From Geosiphon pyriformis uo1 (taxonomy: Eukaryota > Fungi > Glomeromycota): 64,000 nucleotides of DNA. Position numbers and translations under genes: made by a program. The stretch covers positions 62,001 to 126,000 of the forward strand of contig JAAOMT010000076.1 in NCBI GenBank assembly GCA_016748015.1, given 5' to 3'. Shown here one piece after another: positions 50,395 through 63,140 of this stretch (position 1 is its first letter; the number at the start of each line of letters is the position of its first letter). The notes below the pieces were generated by a model. It was given only the letters and a program-made list of their open reading frames with translations, searched no databases and was not told where the DNA came from.

Positions 50395-53030
50395 TATTAC
50401 AAATAAATTTTTTGAGTAAAGTTTGATGTTTTTGTAATTTGATGCTTGGGTTGAATTAATATACTTTAAAAAATTTTAAAAGTTTTGAATTAAAGTTCTT
50501 TGTATAATAGATAGAAATTTACTTAATAGTAATTGATAATAGATTTAAGATTTTCTTGGTTTAGTGACTAGTCTATTCTGGTGTTTACATTCTTTTGGTA
50601 AGCAATTCTAGTTTTTGATTATGTTTATGCTCTTTTCTGGTATCTTTTACAAATAATTTTTAATGTTGTAATCTTAGTACTTTTTTTATAATTATTTAGT
50701 AATTCCAAATACTTACAAATAACCAAATAATAAATTAAAAATTAATATTTTATTAATAATTATAATTAAAAATTATTGTTTTAGTATTATTAAATAATTG
50801 TGATAAATACTATTGATATTAAAATAACAATGATATAAGTTTTAATAAAATAGTTTTGAATTTATTAATTAATAAATAATATAAATTTAATAGATAGTCT
50901 ATTTAATTTGTAGTTTTTAATTTTTAAGTAAAAATAACTAGACTAATTTTTGAAATAAGATGATCTGTTTTTTGACTTTTATTATTTTTTCTATATATAT
51001 ATAAATCTTTATAATATAAAATTTTTAAAATTTCTAATTTTTTTAAATTATTATTAAAATTTCTGATATTTCTAAAATCTTTAATATTTCTGTCAGTATT
51101 TCTGCAATTTCTGGAATTTTTGGTATTATGTGTTTTGATAATTTTTTACTTTGTTATTTGGTTATTTATACTATTATTATTTTTTTATGTTTTTTTTATA
51201 TAAATAATATTATCTCCTTCTTTTTAATATTGAGCTTTTATAAAATTTTCTAAGTTTTTTTCCTAGATAAGTTTATATACTTTTTTTTTCTATTATGGCT
51301 TTGGCTATTTTTGTTTTTAAATTTTCGAATTATGAATTGGTTATTTTTTTCAACTAGTTGGCTATTAAGTTTTTTATAATTGAGTATAATAGTATTTTAT
51401 TATATTTATAAAATATTTATACAATTAGTAAATTGTTTTTAAATAAGTTATTAAATTGTTTTTTTTAATAAAGTATTCTATTTGTTAGATTATTTTTTTG
51501 TTAAATATTTATTTGGAATTGTTTATATATAATATTTGAATATTTAATTGTTATTTTATGTAATAATAGCAATATGCTATTAAAAATTGTTTTTTTAATT
51601 CTTTTAATTTTTTTTTATTAGCTTTTTTGGTTAAATACTTATTACTAAATTTCCAAAAATCTTTTTTATTTTTCTAATAAGTTTTTTTATATAGTTATTT
51701 TTTTATTTTTAAGTTTTATTATATGAAGTTTTCTTAATTGTTTTGTTTTTCTAAGTATTTTTATAACAAATTTTTTGCTTGTTAATTGTTATTTCTATGT
51801 TTAAGTTTTTGGTTTTTAATATTTGAAACAATTGTTGTGTTATTGCATATATTTTATTAGTTATTTTTATTTTCTTTTTTTATTTTTTATATATTTTGAT
51901 TATATTTATAACAATTTTTAGGTTTGTAATATATTGGCTTTAATAATAATAATTGGTTCTAAATTTTGTGAAATTTCATCTGGTTTAACTAATATTCTTT
52001 GTACTTTTAACAAAAATATGTTGAGAATTGTTAATATTTTGCTATAATATAATTTTAATTAATTTTTATATACTGTTTTAGTTAAGATTTTGTTTTTTAA
52101 TTATAGTTTATATGATTTATTTTTATGTATTTTTTTAATGTGAAATAATTTATCTTATTTTAAATCAAATTTTCTATTTTTTTGTTTTTTTGTTTTTGTA
52201 TAATATAAAAATATTTTGTTTTTAATCTTAAATTTAACTAATTTATTTAATAACTAATTATTATGTCTTTTTTTTTGTTTTTTGTGACTTTTTAATACAA
52301 TTAGCTTCTTTTTTTCTTTTGTTTTATTGTTTAATAAGTAAATAATATTGATAATATAAATATATTTTATTCTTTTTAGTTTTTTTAATTAATATTAATT
52401 AATAATTTATATAATATTTTATTAAATTTTTTAATTAAGCTGTTTATTTATAAGTAATATAATAATAATAGTAGTTTTTTAACTTCAAGTCTTTGGCTTA
52501 ATTCTGTTAATGTTTTGTTTATAAAATGAGTTCTTTAGTTTAATAATAATTTTTTTAAATATTTATATTAACATATTAAGTTTTAATAAATAAATTTAAT
52601 TATTAATTCTGTATTAGTTTTTTATATGGCTTTAGCTTTTGGCTATTTGGTAAAATAGTTTATAGTAACAATAATATATTAGTTTTTTTGGTTATTTTTA
52701 ATAATAATCTTATTAAGTCAATTTTAATTCAATTAAATAGTTGTTTAATTTTAATTGGCTTTAATAATTTATTTGGTTTTAATTGTTTTTTTTTGACAAA
52801 TATTACAACTTTATACATATTGTTTTATATTTGAATATATTATTAACCAATAGTATAATTGCTTAGTTTTATTAGTATTAATAACTAATTCAAATATCAT
52901 GCTGTTAAATTTAAATACATGTTAAACAATATAGTTTCTTTTTTCTGTTTTTTTATTATTTTTAATAAACTAGTTGAATTTTATTGGTTTTTTTAATATA
53001 ATATATTTTGATAATTAATATAATATCTGA
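50395..53030 (-). mobile_element. Very decayed Gypsy copy F: 3' LTR (~50395-51209), PPT, ORF3 and integrase remnants
   Basis: ttatctccttc...aatattgagc PPT block at 51210; integrase sequence parallels 10950-12190; left LTR boundary approximate. Confidence 0.7.
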
Positions 53031-53157
53031 AAAAAAAAATTCTTTCTTTTGTTGATCTTCTGATCACAATAAGAGCTAAAATATACCAAAGAGATAAATT
53101 TTCTTTATTTTCTTTTCTCTTATCTTCACAGTTATTTTTTCTAATGTATCTTTGTTC

Positions 53158-55120
53158 ATGAATATAAATCCAGTAGACTCTTCTGCTAGTGAGTTGGTAT
53201 CTGTTTTGATTGGGTTAGAGACCTGGTCTGATATCAAAACTAAATAGTTGGTAAATGCCCATTTGCATAGTGCTTCTTACAAAAAACCCAAGAAACCTAT
53301 CACTATTAATGATGTGGTCGAAACTTTGGCTGGCTTTTTATTTCTTGTGGATATGATTACTGATGACAACAAATCTGAGAGGTTTTAGAGCAGCAAAATG
53401 AACAGTAAAACAAGTAGCATCAATGGTATATTAGATCTGAAGAACATGAAAAATACAGTTACAAAAAAGACCAGCTATGCAGATTTAAATGTCTTGGAAA
53501 TTGATGATCCTATGGATAACACAACACCCAAAAAACTCATATTAGAACATATGTTTTGGGCAGCAAACTGAAGACTATCTTTTTCGACAATTTAAGTGAT
53601 GACAATAATAATATTTTAACACTTTCAGTTCTTAAATTTTCTGGTGCTAAGTGTTTGCTGTTTGTCAAGTTACATGTTCTGAATAAGCAAAATTTTGAGC
53701 CAGTCAAATCTTTCACATTAGATATTGAGCTATCTGCTGTGCTAAGCAAAACTAATAGTAATAAATTAATTATTATCAAAAAAATTTTCTATCAAGTTGA
53801 TGGTTTTGGAGAGGCTTCTACTTCCTCAAAATTTCCAGAAATCATTAAGTCATTATTTACATCTGAAATGAGTTTGAAAAAGGCTAAAAAAATGGCAATT
53901 AGTAAGAAAATTTTGGTCAATAATAATTTCAGGAAAGTAAACAGCCGATCAGATCAGAAAGTAATTGTCAAGAAGATTCCAATTAATCTTCTTAAATTGG
54001 CTGTAGAGTTAGTTTTTTCTAAGTTTAGTAAGATTGTATCAATCAAAATACAATTGATTGATTTATGACAAAAGGCTTTGGTAGAATATGAATTATCTGA
54101 AATAACTGATTTGATTACAGCTAGATAATTTGTTTTCATAAAAAAAGATTTTATTTGTATTGTAAAGACAGTTGGAGATAAACAATCATAGATGTCAAAA
54201 GATTTACATTGGGCTTTGCTTTATACTTTTTTAGTTGGAACTACAGTTCATGATTATTCTGGTTTGTTGAAATTATATGGTAGGAAAACTTGTTTTATTG
54301 GCCATAATCCCAGTTCATATATATATGATAGATGTGTAATAGTGTGTTTTGCTAATAAGGTGTCTAAATTGGCTGCTATTGGTTCTGTTTCTGTTTTGAA
54401 AAGTGTGAATTTACATTGGGTTGGGCTTTTTTTGACCTATTGTGCTTTATATAAACAATTTGGTTATGTCTCTAATAATTGTTTAGTAGATAAAAATTCT
54501 GGTGGTTGTGATAGGCTTGTAGTAATTTCTCAGAATAGGGTTTATTTGGCCAACATATATAAAAAGAAACAGGCTTCTGTTGCACACTTTGTTTTATTTG
54601 GAGGTAAAACTTGGGCTCAAATTGCTGGTGGTTTTCTTTTTTATGTGGTTTTGTCAGTTCCATTTGGTGGTGATTCATCTCTAGATGTGGTGTCTTTTTC
54701 CTTGGGTTCTGCTTTTTTTGTTGATTTTGGCTTAAGTAATTGTTTGGTGGTCTTGAAATGCTCTTTGGAATTTTTGACAGATCAAAGTTTCTGTTCTTAT
54801 GAAGAAATTAAGCTTTGTGGAGTTGGTGTTTTTGACTACATTTTCTTATACTCTCTGTCTGATTGCTTCTGTCCCTTTGGCTCCTGTTTTGGATTCAGAT
54901 ATGGTTGTGAATAATGTGTTGGTGTTATCTGCTTCTCTCCATCTGTTGGTTTTGATGCAGTTGCTGATTTCAGCTCTAGCAGTTCTAAAGTTCTGATCTC
55001 CAAGATGGATGAATTGGAGTCGAAAATGGTGGCTTTGAAGATATTAATTAATTTAGTTTTGGAAAAATTAAATTATTTGTGCGCTGGTTTGGGTTTATTG
55101 GTTTTCTTTTTATCTTAATA
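53158..55120 (+). pseudogene. LINE ORF1 remnant (RRM-like folds, CCHC knuckle, coiled coil)
   Basis: ATG at 53158; VIVKKIPINL...VFSKF, ALLYTFLVGTT...KTCFI, decayed CALYKQFGYVSNNC knuckle; homologous to the 60985-63111 protein. Confidence 0.8.
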
Positions 55121-58100
55121 ATTAGTTTGATTTGGAAAATTACTACATGCAATGCTTGAGGTATGAACAATCCTGCGAAACAAAAAAATATTGTTCATTG
55201 ATATAAGAATATGAGCAATTTGATTTCAATTATTACTGAAACTAAGTTAAAGAATAAAGTCTGTTCATAAATTGCTGATAAGTTTGATGGTATTTGTGTC
55301 TTTACTTCTAGTGTGAACTCTGGTTACTTGGGTTTTGGTATTGCTATTATCATGGACATTTCTTTGGCTTGTCATATGTGTAAAATTTCTGAGATACTTG
55401 GTTGGCTCTTTTTTGTTAGATTACTCTTTAAAAATAAACTTTCTATTTCGATTTTGGGATTTTATGCTGGTGCTTTTTCTATGGTTTAGTTTTCCCAAGC
55501 TGGTAATATTAACTTTCAAATTGCAAAGGCTGTGAATGAATCCTCTTTTGTTGTCTTGAGTGGCGATTTTAATAAAGATGGTTTCTACAGGTGAGCCAGT
55601 TTTAAGAAGTATTTTGATTTAAGTTTGGTCAATTTCTTGGGTAGAAGCTCATTTGTAAAAATGCCAATGTGGGCTAATTCTAAGGATGTTGCAAAAACAA
55701 TTGACTATGTGTTCATTTCTTTTAATCTGGTTAATATGTTGTTACAGATGATTATTTGGGATCTTAAATCAAATAACAAACCCATAACTTAGTGCTAATT
55801 TGCTTGATAACATTGGTAATATCTGAAAGTTGTTTGTATCTGAAGGTTTGATTGTCTAAAGGTTTTGGTTAAGTCTTTTGTATAATAGACAGAGATTTAC
55901 TTATTGTTTTATCTGTAGCTTTCTGAAATTACAATTCTATCAAATTTTTTTCTTAGCATGATAGCTGGTAATTCTCCTGGTAAGCTATCCTCAATCAAGT
56001 ATTTTATTCTTATTCCTAAGTCTTTTACCAGTCAATTATATTTTGACATTAGTATCTTTGTGTATTAATTCTTTTAATCAAGTTAGTAAAAATAAACAAA
56101 GACAGAAAAAAAAATAAAAAAAAATAAAAAAAAATAAAAAATAAGCCAAAACAATAAATATTAGTATCTTATTAATAGTCATGATCAAGAGCTATTGTTC
56201 CAGTATGGTTAAGTATTAGTTACTATTAACATAAAGTATTGATAGTAGAAGAGTGGATTAAGAGAACAAATAATTATTTATTAATATTTGGGAATTAGAA
56301 GATTGTTTAGATGAAATCTAAACTAAAAGATCTGTTTTTTCTATTTTTAATGCTACTACTATATATACATAATTAAGATTCTTCAATTTCTTGATTTTTT
56401 ACACCAAAAATTCTGTAATTCCAGAAATTCTGCAATTCTTTTGAGAGAAATTCTGGAATTCTGGAATCTTGTGATTCCTTATATAAGAATTCTGAAATTT
56501 CTAAAATTCTACAATTCCTCTGAGAAAAATTCTGGAATTTTTTATTTACTATAGCTACTTCTGATTGGCTAATTTATATGCTAATATACTTTCTATATTC
56601 TATAAGTAACAATATTGGTGGGCCATAACATGCTATCTGTTAAAAAATATTTTAATACTGATCACTAAGCTGTCTCTGTCTCTATAGGACTGAAAGATTT
56701 GTTAGATAAGCATTTAACTTTTTATGTAAGCAAGCAAATAAGAACCACTGGGGATTTGATATTAAGAGTACTGATAAAGCAAAATGAAATGATTTTAAGA
56801 ATACTATAATAGTTAATGCTACAATGTTTACTAATGAATTTACTATGTTCAAACAATTCTCAGATTTAGATGCTATGTAGGACATTATTCAGAAGGTTGT
56901 TACTCTTTCAGCTAATAGAACATTTAAAAAGAAGTGGTTTAAGAGTTTTGATGATGTCTTTATCAAAAAGTCTTTTAGGTTTTACAAATTGGAAATTTTG
57001 GTGTCTAAATTAGTTAAAGCTTCTTGTTTGGTTTTTAATAAGGAATTTATGTCATTATTGAATATGTAGAATGTACATAATACAGCTGGCATATTGACCA
57101 TAAAATTTTTTTTTCTATTAGATTCTAATTTTGATGTTATTTAGTTGGCTTTGGTCAGAGCAAGAAAGTCTTATTGTTCTTCTAAGTTAATGGAATTCAG
57201 ACATGCTGAGAAATTACACATTAAGTTGGCTATTAGTAAAAGGATAAAGAGTTTTGAATTAGACAAGAATTATATTATCAGAAGTATGTTAGAATATCTT
57301 TTTCACAAAATGGTGCTGAATCATCTGGTTATGGATAATGAGTTGGTTTTGGAGCCTGAATTGGTTAAATTAAAGGTGGATAAGATCATAGAAAGTTGGA
57401 CTAAAAAGTGTAAAGTGATCCCTAATATCTTTAATGATTGGTCTTACCAATATTAACCTTTAGAGCATGTTTTTGATAGTGCTTTTTCTGATGTGATGTG
57501 TTCTATTGGTTTTGATAAAATGTCTGGTGTGATCTTAAGTCTGCCTGATGAAAAGATGGCCGGTTTATTTGACATCTTAAATAAATTGTGGAAACACTGT
57601 AATAGTTTGGTTTTGGATATGCTTTTGGTGCTTCTAAATTTGTGTTTATCTTGTAAATTAATGCTTGAGCCTTGGAGAAAAGCTTGGGTTTCAATAATTT
57701 CCAAATCATATGAATAGAAAGATGTTCTTACAAATATTTGTCCTATTATTTTGGTTAAGATGACTTATAAAATTCTTTCCAAAATTTTTTCAAACAGAAT
57801 TTCTTCTGCTTATAGTTCTTTTAATGTTTTTTAAGATGATAACTTTTCTGTTTTAAAGGATACAATGACACAGTCTCCCATTTTTGTCATTGGTTCTGTG
57901 ATTGAAGACATCTTGGAAAAGAATTAGGAACTGTGACTGGTTTTGCAGAATATGCATAAGACTTATGACTCTGTTAAGTAGGAATATCTCAGAAAAAGTT
58001 TGGTTAGAATCAAAATGTGTGACAGATTTATTAAATTTTTCAGTGGTATTTACAATAGTTATGTCAACAAAATAATGATAGATTTTGGCTTAACTGATGA

Positions 58101-60686
58101 GTATCAAGTTCATGATGAATTGGATTAAGGGGAAGTTTTTTTGCCTTTTCTTTAATACATATTCTATGATTTATTTTTATGTGAGATCAAGAGACAGGAG
58201 AGTGTGTATGATTACAGATTGAACTCTTATTTTGTTGCTAACACTGGCTGAGTAGAATCTTAAGCTAGAATAACATTTTTTTTTTGCTACTGGTGCTTTT
58301 GTCAATGATATGATTTGAATTGGTAGTAGCCAAACTACTACTCAATATATTCTCAATATGGCTAGTGAATTTTTTCAGTTCAATGATATTTCAATTAACA
58401 ATAACAAAACAGTAGCCATCTTTATTAACTGCAAAGTTGCAACTTCATCTTTAACTATAAGTGGCTTGTCTATTTTGATCACTAAAAAAGGAGAATCTTA
58501 TTGCTATTAGGGTATTTTTTTGTTTTTTGAGAGTTTGTCAAAGCTTAGCTTGGCTAAAGTTTATTTGGATGTTCGGTTTTTTACCAATCTAGTTTTAAGG
58601 AAGGCAATTTTTGACAAGCAGTTTGCATATTTAGTGTTTATAGTCTTCCATTTCATTATCAGTTATAAGACTCAGTTCAGTTTTATTCCTATTGACATGT
58701 ATAATAAATAGGACACTCTAATTTGCAAGAATTTGAAATCCAAATTTGGTTTGCTGCATGACTTTCCTAATGACACTATTCATCACTCTTTTCTATATGG
58801 TCTAAAAACATTTGAGCAAATTCAAGCTAAGAGCAAATTGGTTACTACTGTGTCTTTTGTGAACTTTTTTGAGATTTTGGGTAGGCTTTTTTTTCACAGG
58901 CCCCATAACCTGCAGATCCTTAGTTGGTGTTCACTCTATCCTTTGTGGTTTCCAGTTCAAATCAAAGTCAATCTTTTAAATAACTTTTTGGCAGATATGG
59001 TCTGTATTTTTTCTGGTTGTGGTTTGTCTTTGGAAGTTCCTATGGCCAATGCTTTTAGGTTTTGGGATAAGACTCTTATGTCTTTTGTTCTTGGTAATTC
59101 AAATTATTTCAAGTATTTTTTTTTACTTCAGCATTATAGAATTGTTTTTATAAACCAGCTACACAATTATTATGACTCTGTTTTTGATTAAAAGACTTTT
59201 AAGTAATGGAAGTAGTTAGATTCTTGTGATCCAGTTCCTGTTTGGTTTGAAATATCTGTTCATTTTCTTTGTGGTGTGATTTCTTTTTCTGTTTGCTCTC
59301 CACCTCTGGACAGCTGCAGCTCTTTGAATATTCTTAAGTCTCATGAATTTGAGGTTGTTTGTGACAGTCTTTTGGGTGTTACAGCTGGTCAACTTTCGGC
59401 TTATACAAATAGTTCTTTATGTAGTTTGGAGACTTTGAACATGAAAGCTGGTACTGCAGTCTTTTTTGAGAATGTAAATTTGGGTTTAGGTATTGGAATC
59501 TCTGGTTTGATGTCTTTTACTATAACAAAGTTGCAGGCTATTGTATTGGTCCTTGAATGTGTTCTTTCTTTTTATTCAGTTAACATATATTTGGATAGCC
59601 AGGCTGCTTTGAATAGTTGCAGATCAGAATTGAGTTTGGCTTATTCTGATTTCAGAAATTACTGTTGGATTAAACACCACCACATTGTAAATATTATCCA
59701 ACACAAAAATTTAAATATTAATTGACACAAGATTAGAGGTTACTTAGGTGTTTTGGGTAATAAATGTTTTAATGCACTTGTCAAAGCTACTGCTTTCTCT
59801 AGTTAGCACTTTCCATACTTGATCAATGAATGTTATATTAGGGCTGATGGTGACAATGTTTCTAGCAACTCTAAGCACTTCGTTCATAAAATGTTTTAGT
59901 TAGTTCATTATGCATATTAAGAGATTGGTTTTGGTTCTAAGATTGTGTTGGATAGTATATGTGCAGATATTAATTGGTTTAAATCATTTTTGGTGTAGCA
60001 TCCTGATTTTTACATGGCTGCTGGTTTCATTAGCAAAAGTTCTGTTGGGTTTTGCACATATCTAATAAAGGTCTTATATTATTGGCTATCTGTTGTTTTG
60101 CATAAATAGATATATAATAGGTGCTATTCCAGTGTAGTATGTTTGTTCTATGATAAAATATAAGTCTTAGATCATGTTTTTTTTTGTGCTTTTGATGCTG
60201 TTGGTTGTGTTTGGTTATTGAATGCTTACATGACTACTTAGAGAGCACTTTCTGGTCTTTATTATTTTGCTTTTTGTGTTTTGCAGTTATTATCTATCTG
60301 TGTTTCAGATTTTGTAATTAGTGTGGCTCTGTATAAGAGTTTTGTTTTCAATAATTAGTATCATAAATCTGTTTTAGTTTTCAAGAATTCCAAAATAACA
60401 AGTTATAATATTGTGAATTTTGTATGCAGATTTTGTCTGGCATTTTGTGACAAATTTTGGTTGGTTTATATTAAACACAGAGTCTTTATAGAGAAGAATA
60501 AGTTAATCTCACTTGATAAATCCATCTCTGCTTCAGTTTCTGGACTTTTTTTAGTGCTTTCGGCTAATGTGGTTAAATTATTGGGTGTAGTTAAAGCTAT
60601 TGGTGTAGGTTTTGGTCTTTATAAGTCTTGTTTGTTTGTTTTTTTTGGATATAGAAGACACAGTTTTTGTTTGTATAGGTGTTTAG
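55118..60686 (+). pseudogene. LINE ORF2 remnant: APE endonuclease, RT, RNaseH, C-terminal Zn motif
   Basis: LIWKITTCN.*GMN, ITETKL, SGDFN, IDYVF, TDH (APE); PIIL, G.*.GEVF.PFL, AFVND (RT); AYTNSS, KLQAI, YLDSQAAL (RNaseH); CLF...DHVFFC. Confidence 0.92.
55740..56611 (-). repeat. Solo LTR (TTCTGGAA-array U3 type) in the APE domain of LINE G
   Basis: TGTTAC...GTAACA; similar to the LTRs of D and the 13475 element; TSD atgt/atat. Confidence 0.93.
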
Positions 60687-60852
60687 TGTTGTTTTGACTG
60701 GTTTGAGTGGCTGGTTATGTGTGGAAAATGCATAATTCACACCTAGTTTAGATCAATTATATGATGTATTATACTAGGTAGTGTTTGGATCTTACTTATT
60801 AAACATAAAAAAAAATATCTGATTTGTTAGTAAATTTTATTTTGTTTATTTT

Positions 60853-63140
60853 TTTTTTTATTATATTTTAACGAGCGAGACCCAAATACCACTTAAACTA
60901 TGATACCACAGAAGGGATTACATTATAGGCGTAAATCATGCATTTTCTACACGTGATCAAACACTCGGCCCAATTAAGGACTCACTACACTGAATCAAAA
61001 GTAGATGGAAATAATCCCAACCCACAAATTCTCTCAATGATACCATTCAGATTCCTAGAGTCAAAAATAAACTCACTAAGAAACAATCTAGTAGACTCAA
61101 TATTGCCTCTGGTTTCAGCACTAGACATATGCCACAAAGCAATAACATGTTCAATAGTGTCCTCACTTAAAAAAGAAGGCTTAGCAGCCAGCATACCATC
61201 ATAATCCATATCACCAAAGTCAACCTCAGATCTAAGACAAGCAATGTCCTTGGAGACTTCAACCAAGAGATTAGAAAAATTGTTAGCAGCACTCTTCATA
61301 GAAATGAGATCCTTCTCGACCTGAACAGCCTTAGCAGCATTATCATCAAGAAGATGAGACACCAAAGCAACCAAAGAACCAACAGGCTCAACAATAGACT
61401 TAACCAGAGCAGCCAAATCTGAAATCTGCTTTTCCAAAGAGTCCAATCTAGAACCAACAGCAGGATCAACAACAGAAGCAGCCAAAGAAGCCACCAAAGG
61501 AGGAAATTCAGAAAAACCAGAAGGAGCAGCAGTCTCAGCATATGAAGCAGAACCCACAAAACGAGACTTGAAAACCTTGGGAACCTTAGGAGTGGGGGGT
61601 GGGGAAATCTTGCAATCTATGGCCAGATGGCCCATTTCTTGACACCTAAAGCAGTGCCGGCAGCCAGGAGTTTCCCACCAAATATGGCATTTCTTTAGAG
61701 TACCAGTCTTGACTACAGCAGAATTCAAATCACCTTGAGAGTCAAATGTAACCAAAGCGAACTGGGAACGACAACCAGAATCAGGAGAACGAGGGATAAA
61801 ACATGTACAACCACCAATCTGAAAAATCATATCACTGATTTCAAAGGCAGTACAACCAGGAGGAAGGTTGATCAATTTGGCCTTAAACTTATCACGAGAC
61901 AAAATAGTCTCATTTTGATTTACCAGAGGGAGGATTCTAACACTATCTTTGCCCACCAAAACTGACCAATGCTTCAAGGCAGACACAGCAGAGTCCAACT
62001 TTTCAAAATAAACCACCACATACTGCCAAATGCCAGCAGGCTTCAGCACAACACAAGTGACACTACCAAACACACCGAGAGCCAACTTAATGTCAGCAGC
62101 AGACACACCCAAAGATACATCACGCAGTGCAGCAGCAGCAGAAGAGGAACCAAATTCAGAAACCACCAAAGACTTGGCAATTTTGAGAGTGGCCAAATGA
62201 ACAGAGCTTGTAAGCTCAACCAGAAATGCAGCTTTCAAAGACTGTTGAGAAGCAAACTCCATACAGAAAAGCTTCACATTGTCTTTTGAAACAGATTTAG
62301 CACCCAAAAAACCATGCACAGACTAAAAAACAGTCTTAACATGAGCCAATTTGGTCTTGAAAGTAGCACCAGGCACCAGAGTGAAGGCCACCCACCCAGC
62401 AAACCTTTAACAACTAGTAATAGTTTCCCAAGCACCACTAAAAGTAGCACCAGAAACTAAAAAAGGAGATGAATCAGTTTCCATTTGATCAGCCCAGTTC
62501 CCAAGAACAGATGACCCAACAGAAAAAGATTGTTTTGCTTCTAAAACTGGCGATGATTTGCCGGAAGACACCACATTTGGCAACACAGCCAGTGGTTGAT
62601 CTTGGCCCATCTTAGATGATGTGCCATATGATGCTATGGAGATCTCATCTAAGATCTCATTGGGAACCACAAAGGGGTTCGATGTAACAATAGCAGAGGC
62701 AAGCAACTGCCCCCACTTTTCTGAACTTTTGGTCTTTTTGACCATTTTTTTTGAAGAGGTGGTGCCAAAAGCACCAGGTGTTGAGTCTATAGAGGGGAAG
62801 ACCAGCTTATTTACTGGTCTATTATTAAAAACTTTTGGGTTCTTGGTTGGAGTAGAGACAACACTGGGACTAACCCAGGTGTGTCTCTTTAAGGGAACTT
62901 TGACTGGTAAGACACCAGCCAAAGATGAGGAAGTTGCTTCAGTGGCCACCAAAGGCAGCTTTTTACAATTACTGGGTAAGGGGAAGGCTTCTAAAACGTT
63001 TTGCCTAGTTGCTTTTACGACAGAAAGAGCTTCTCTGGTTGAAATTTTATTAGATATTTTAGGACAGATATCAGGTGCAGCCTTTTTACTCTTAGCTCTA
63101 GTCATGGTCATAAAATTAAGGAAACAAAGAGTTTTTTCCC
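60853..63140 (-). mobile_element. ORF1-only non-autonomous non-LTR retrotransposon (HAL1-like), full length
   Basis: 10-bp TSD tgtttatttt (60843-60852, 63141-63150); 29-nt 5' UTR starting GGGAAAAAA; one long ORF; ~115-nt 3' UTR; A-rich tail; no ORF2. Confidence 0.88.
60985..63111 (-). pseudogene. LINE ORF1-like RNA-binding protein, 708 codons with two in-frame stops
   Basis: ORFs 62407-63111 and 60985-62319 share a frame; stops TAA 62407-62409 and TAG 62323-62325; three RRM-like segments, CFRCQEMGHLAIDC knuckle, heptad coiled coil LDSLEKQISDLAALV. Confidence 0.88.

Larger units (their letters stand above)
53031..60813 (+). mobile_element. Full-length LINE copy G (ORF1 + APE-RT-RNaseH ORF2) inserted in copy F
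   Basis: TSD aatatct(ga) at 53022-53030 and 60814-60822; poly(A) at 60806-60813; host integrase sequence resumes after it. Confidence 0.92.
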
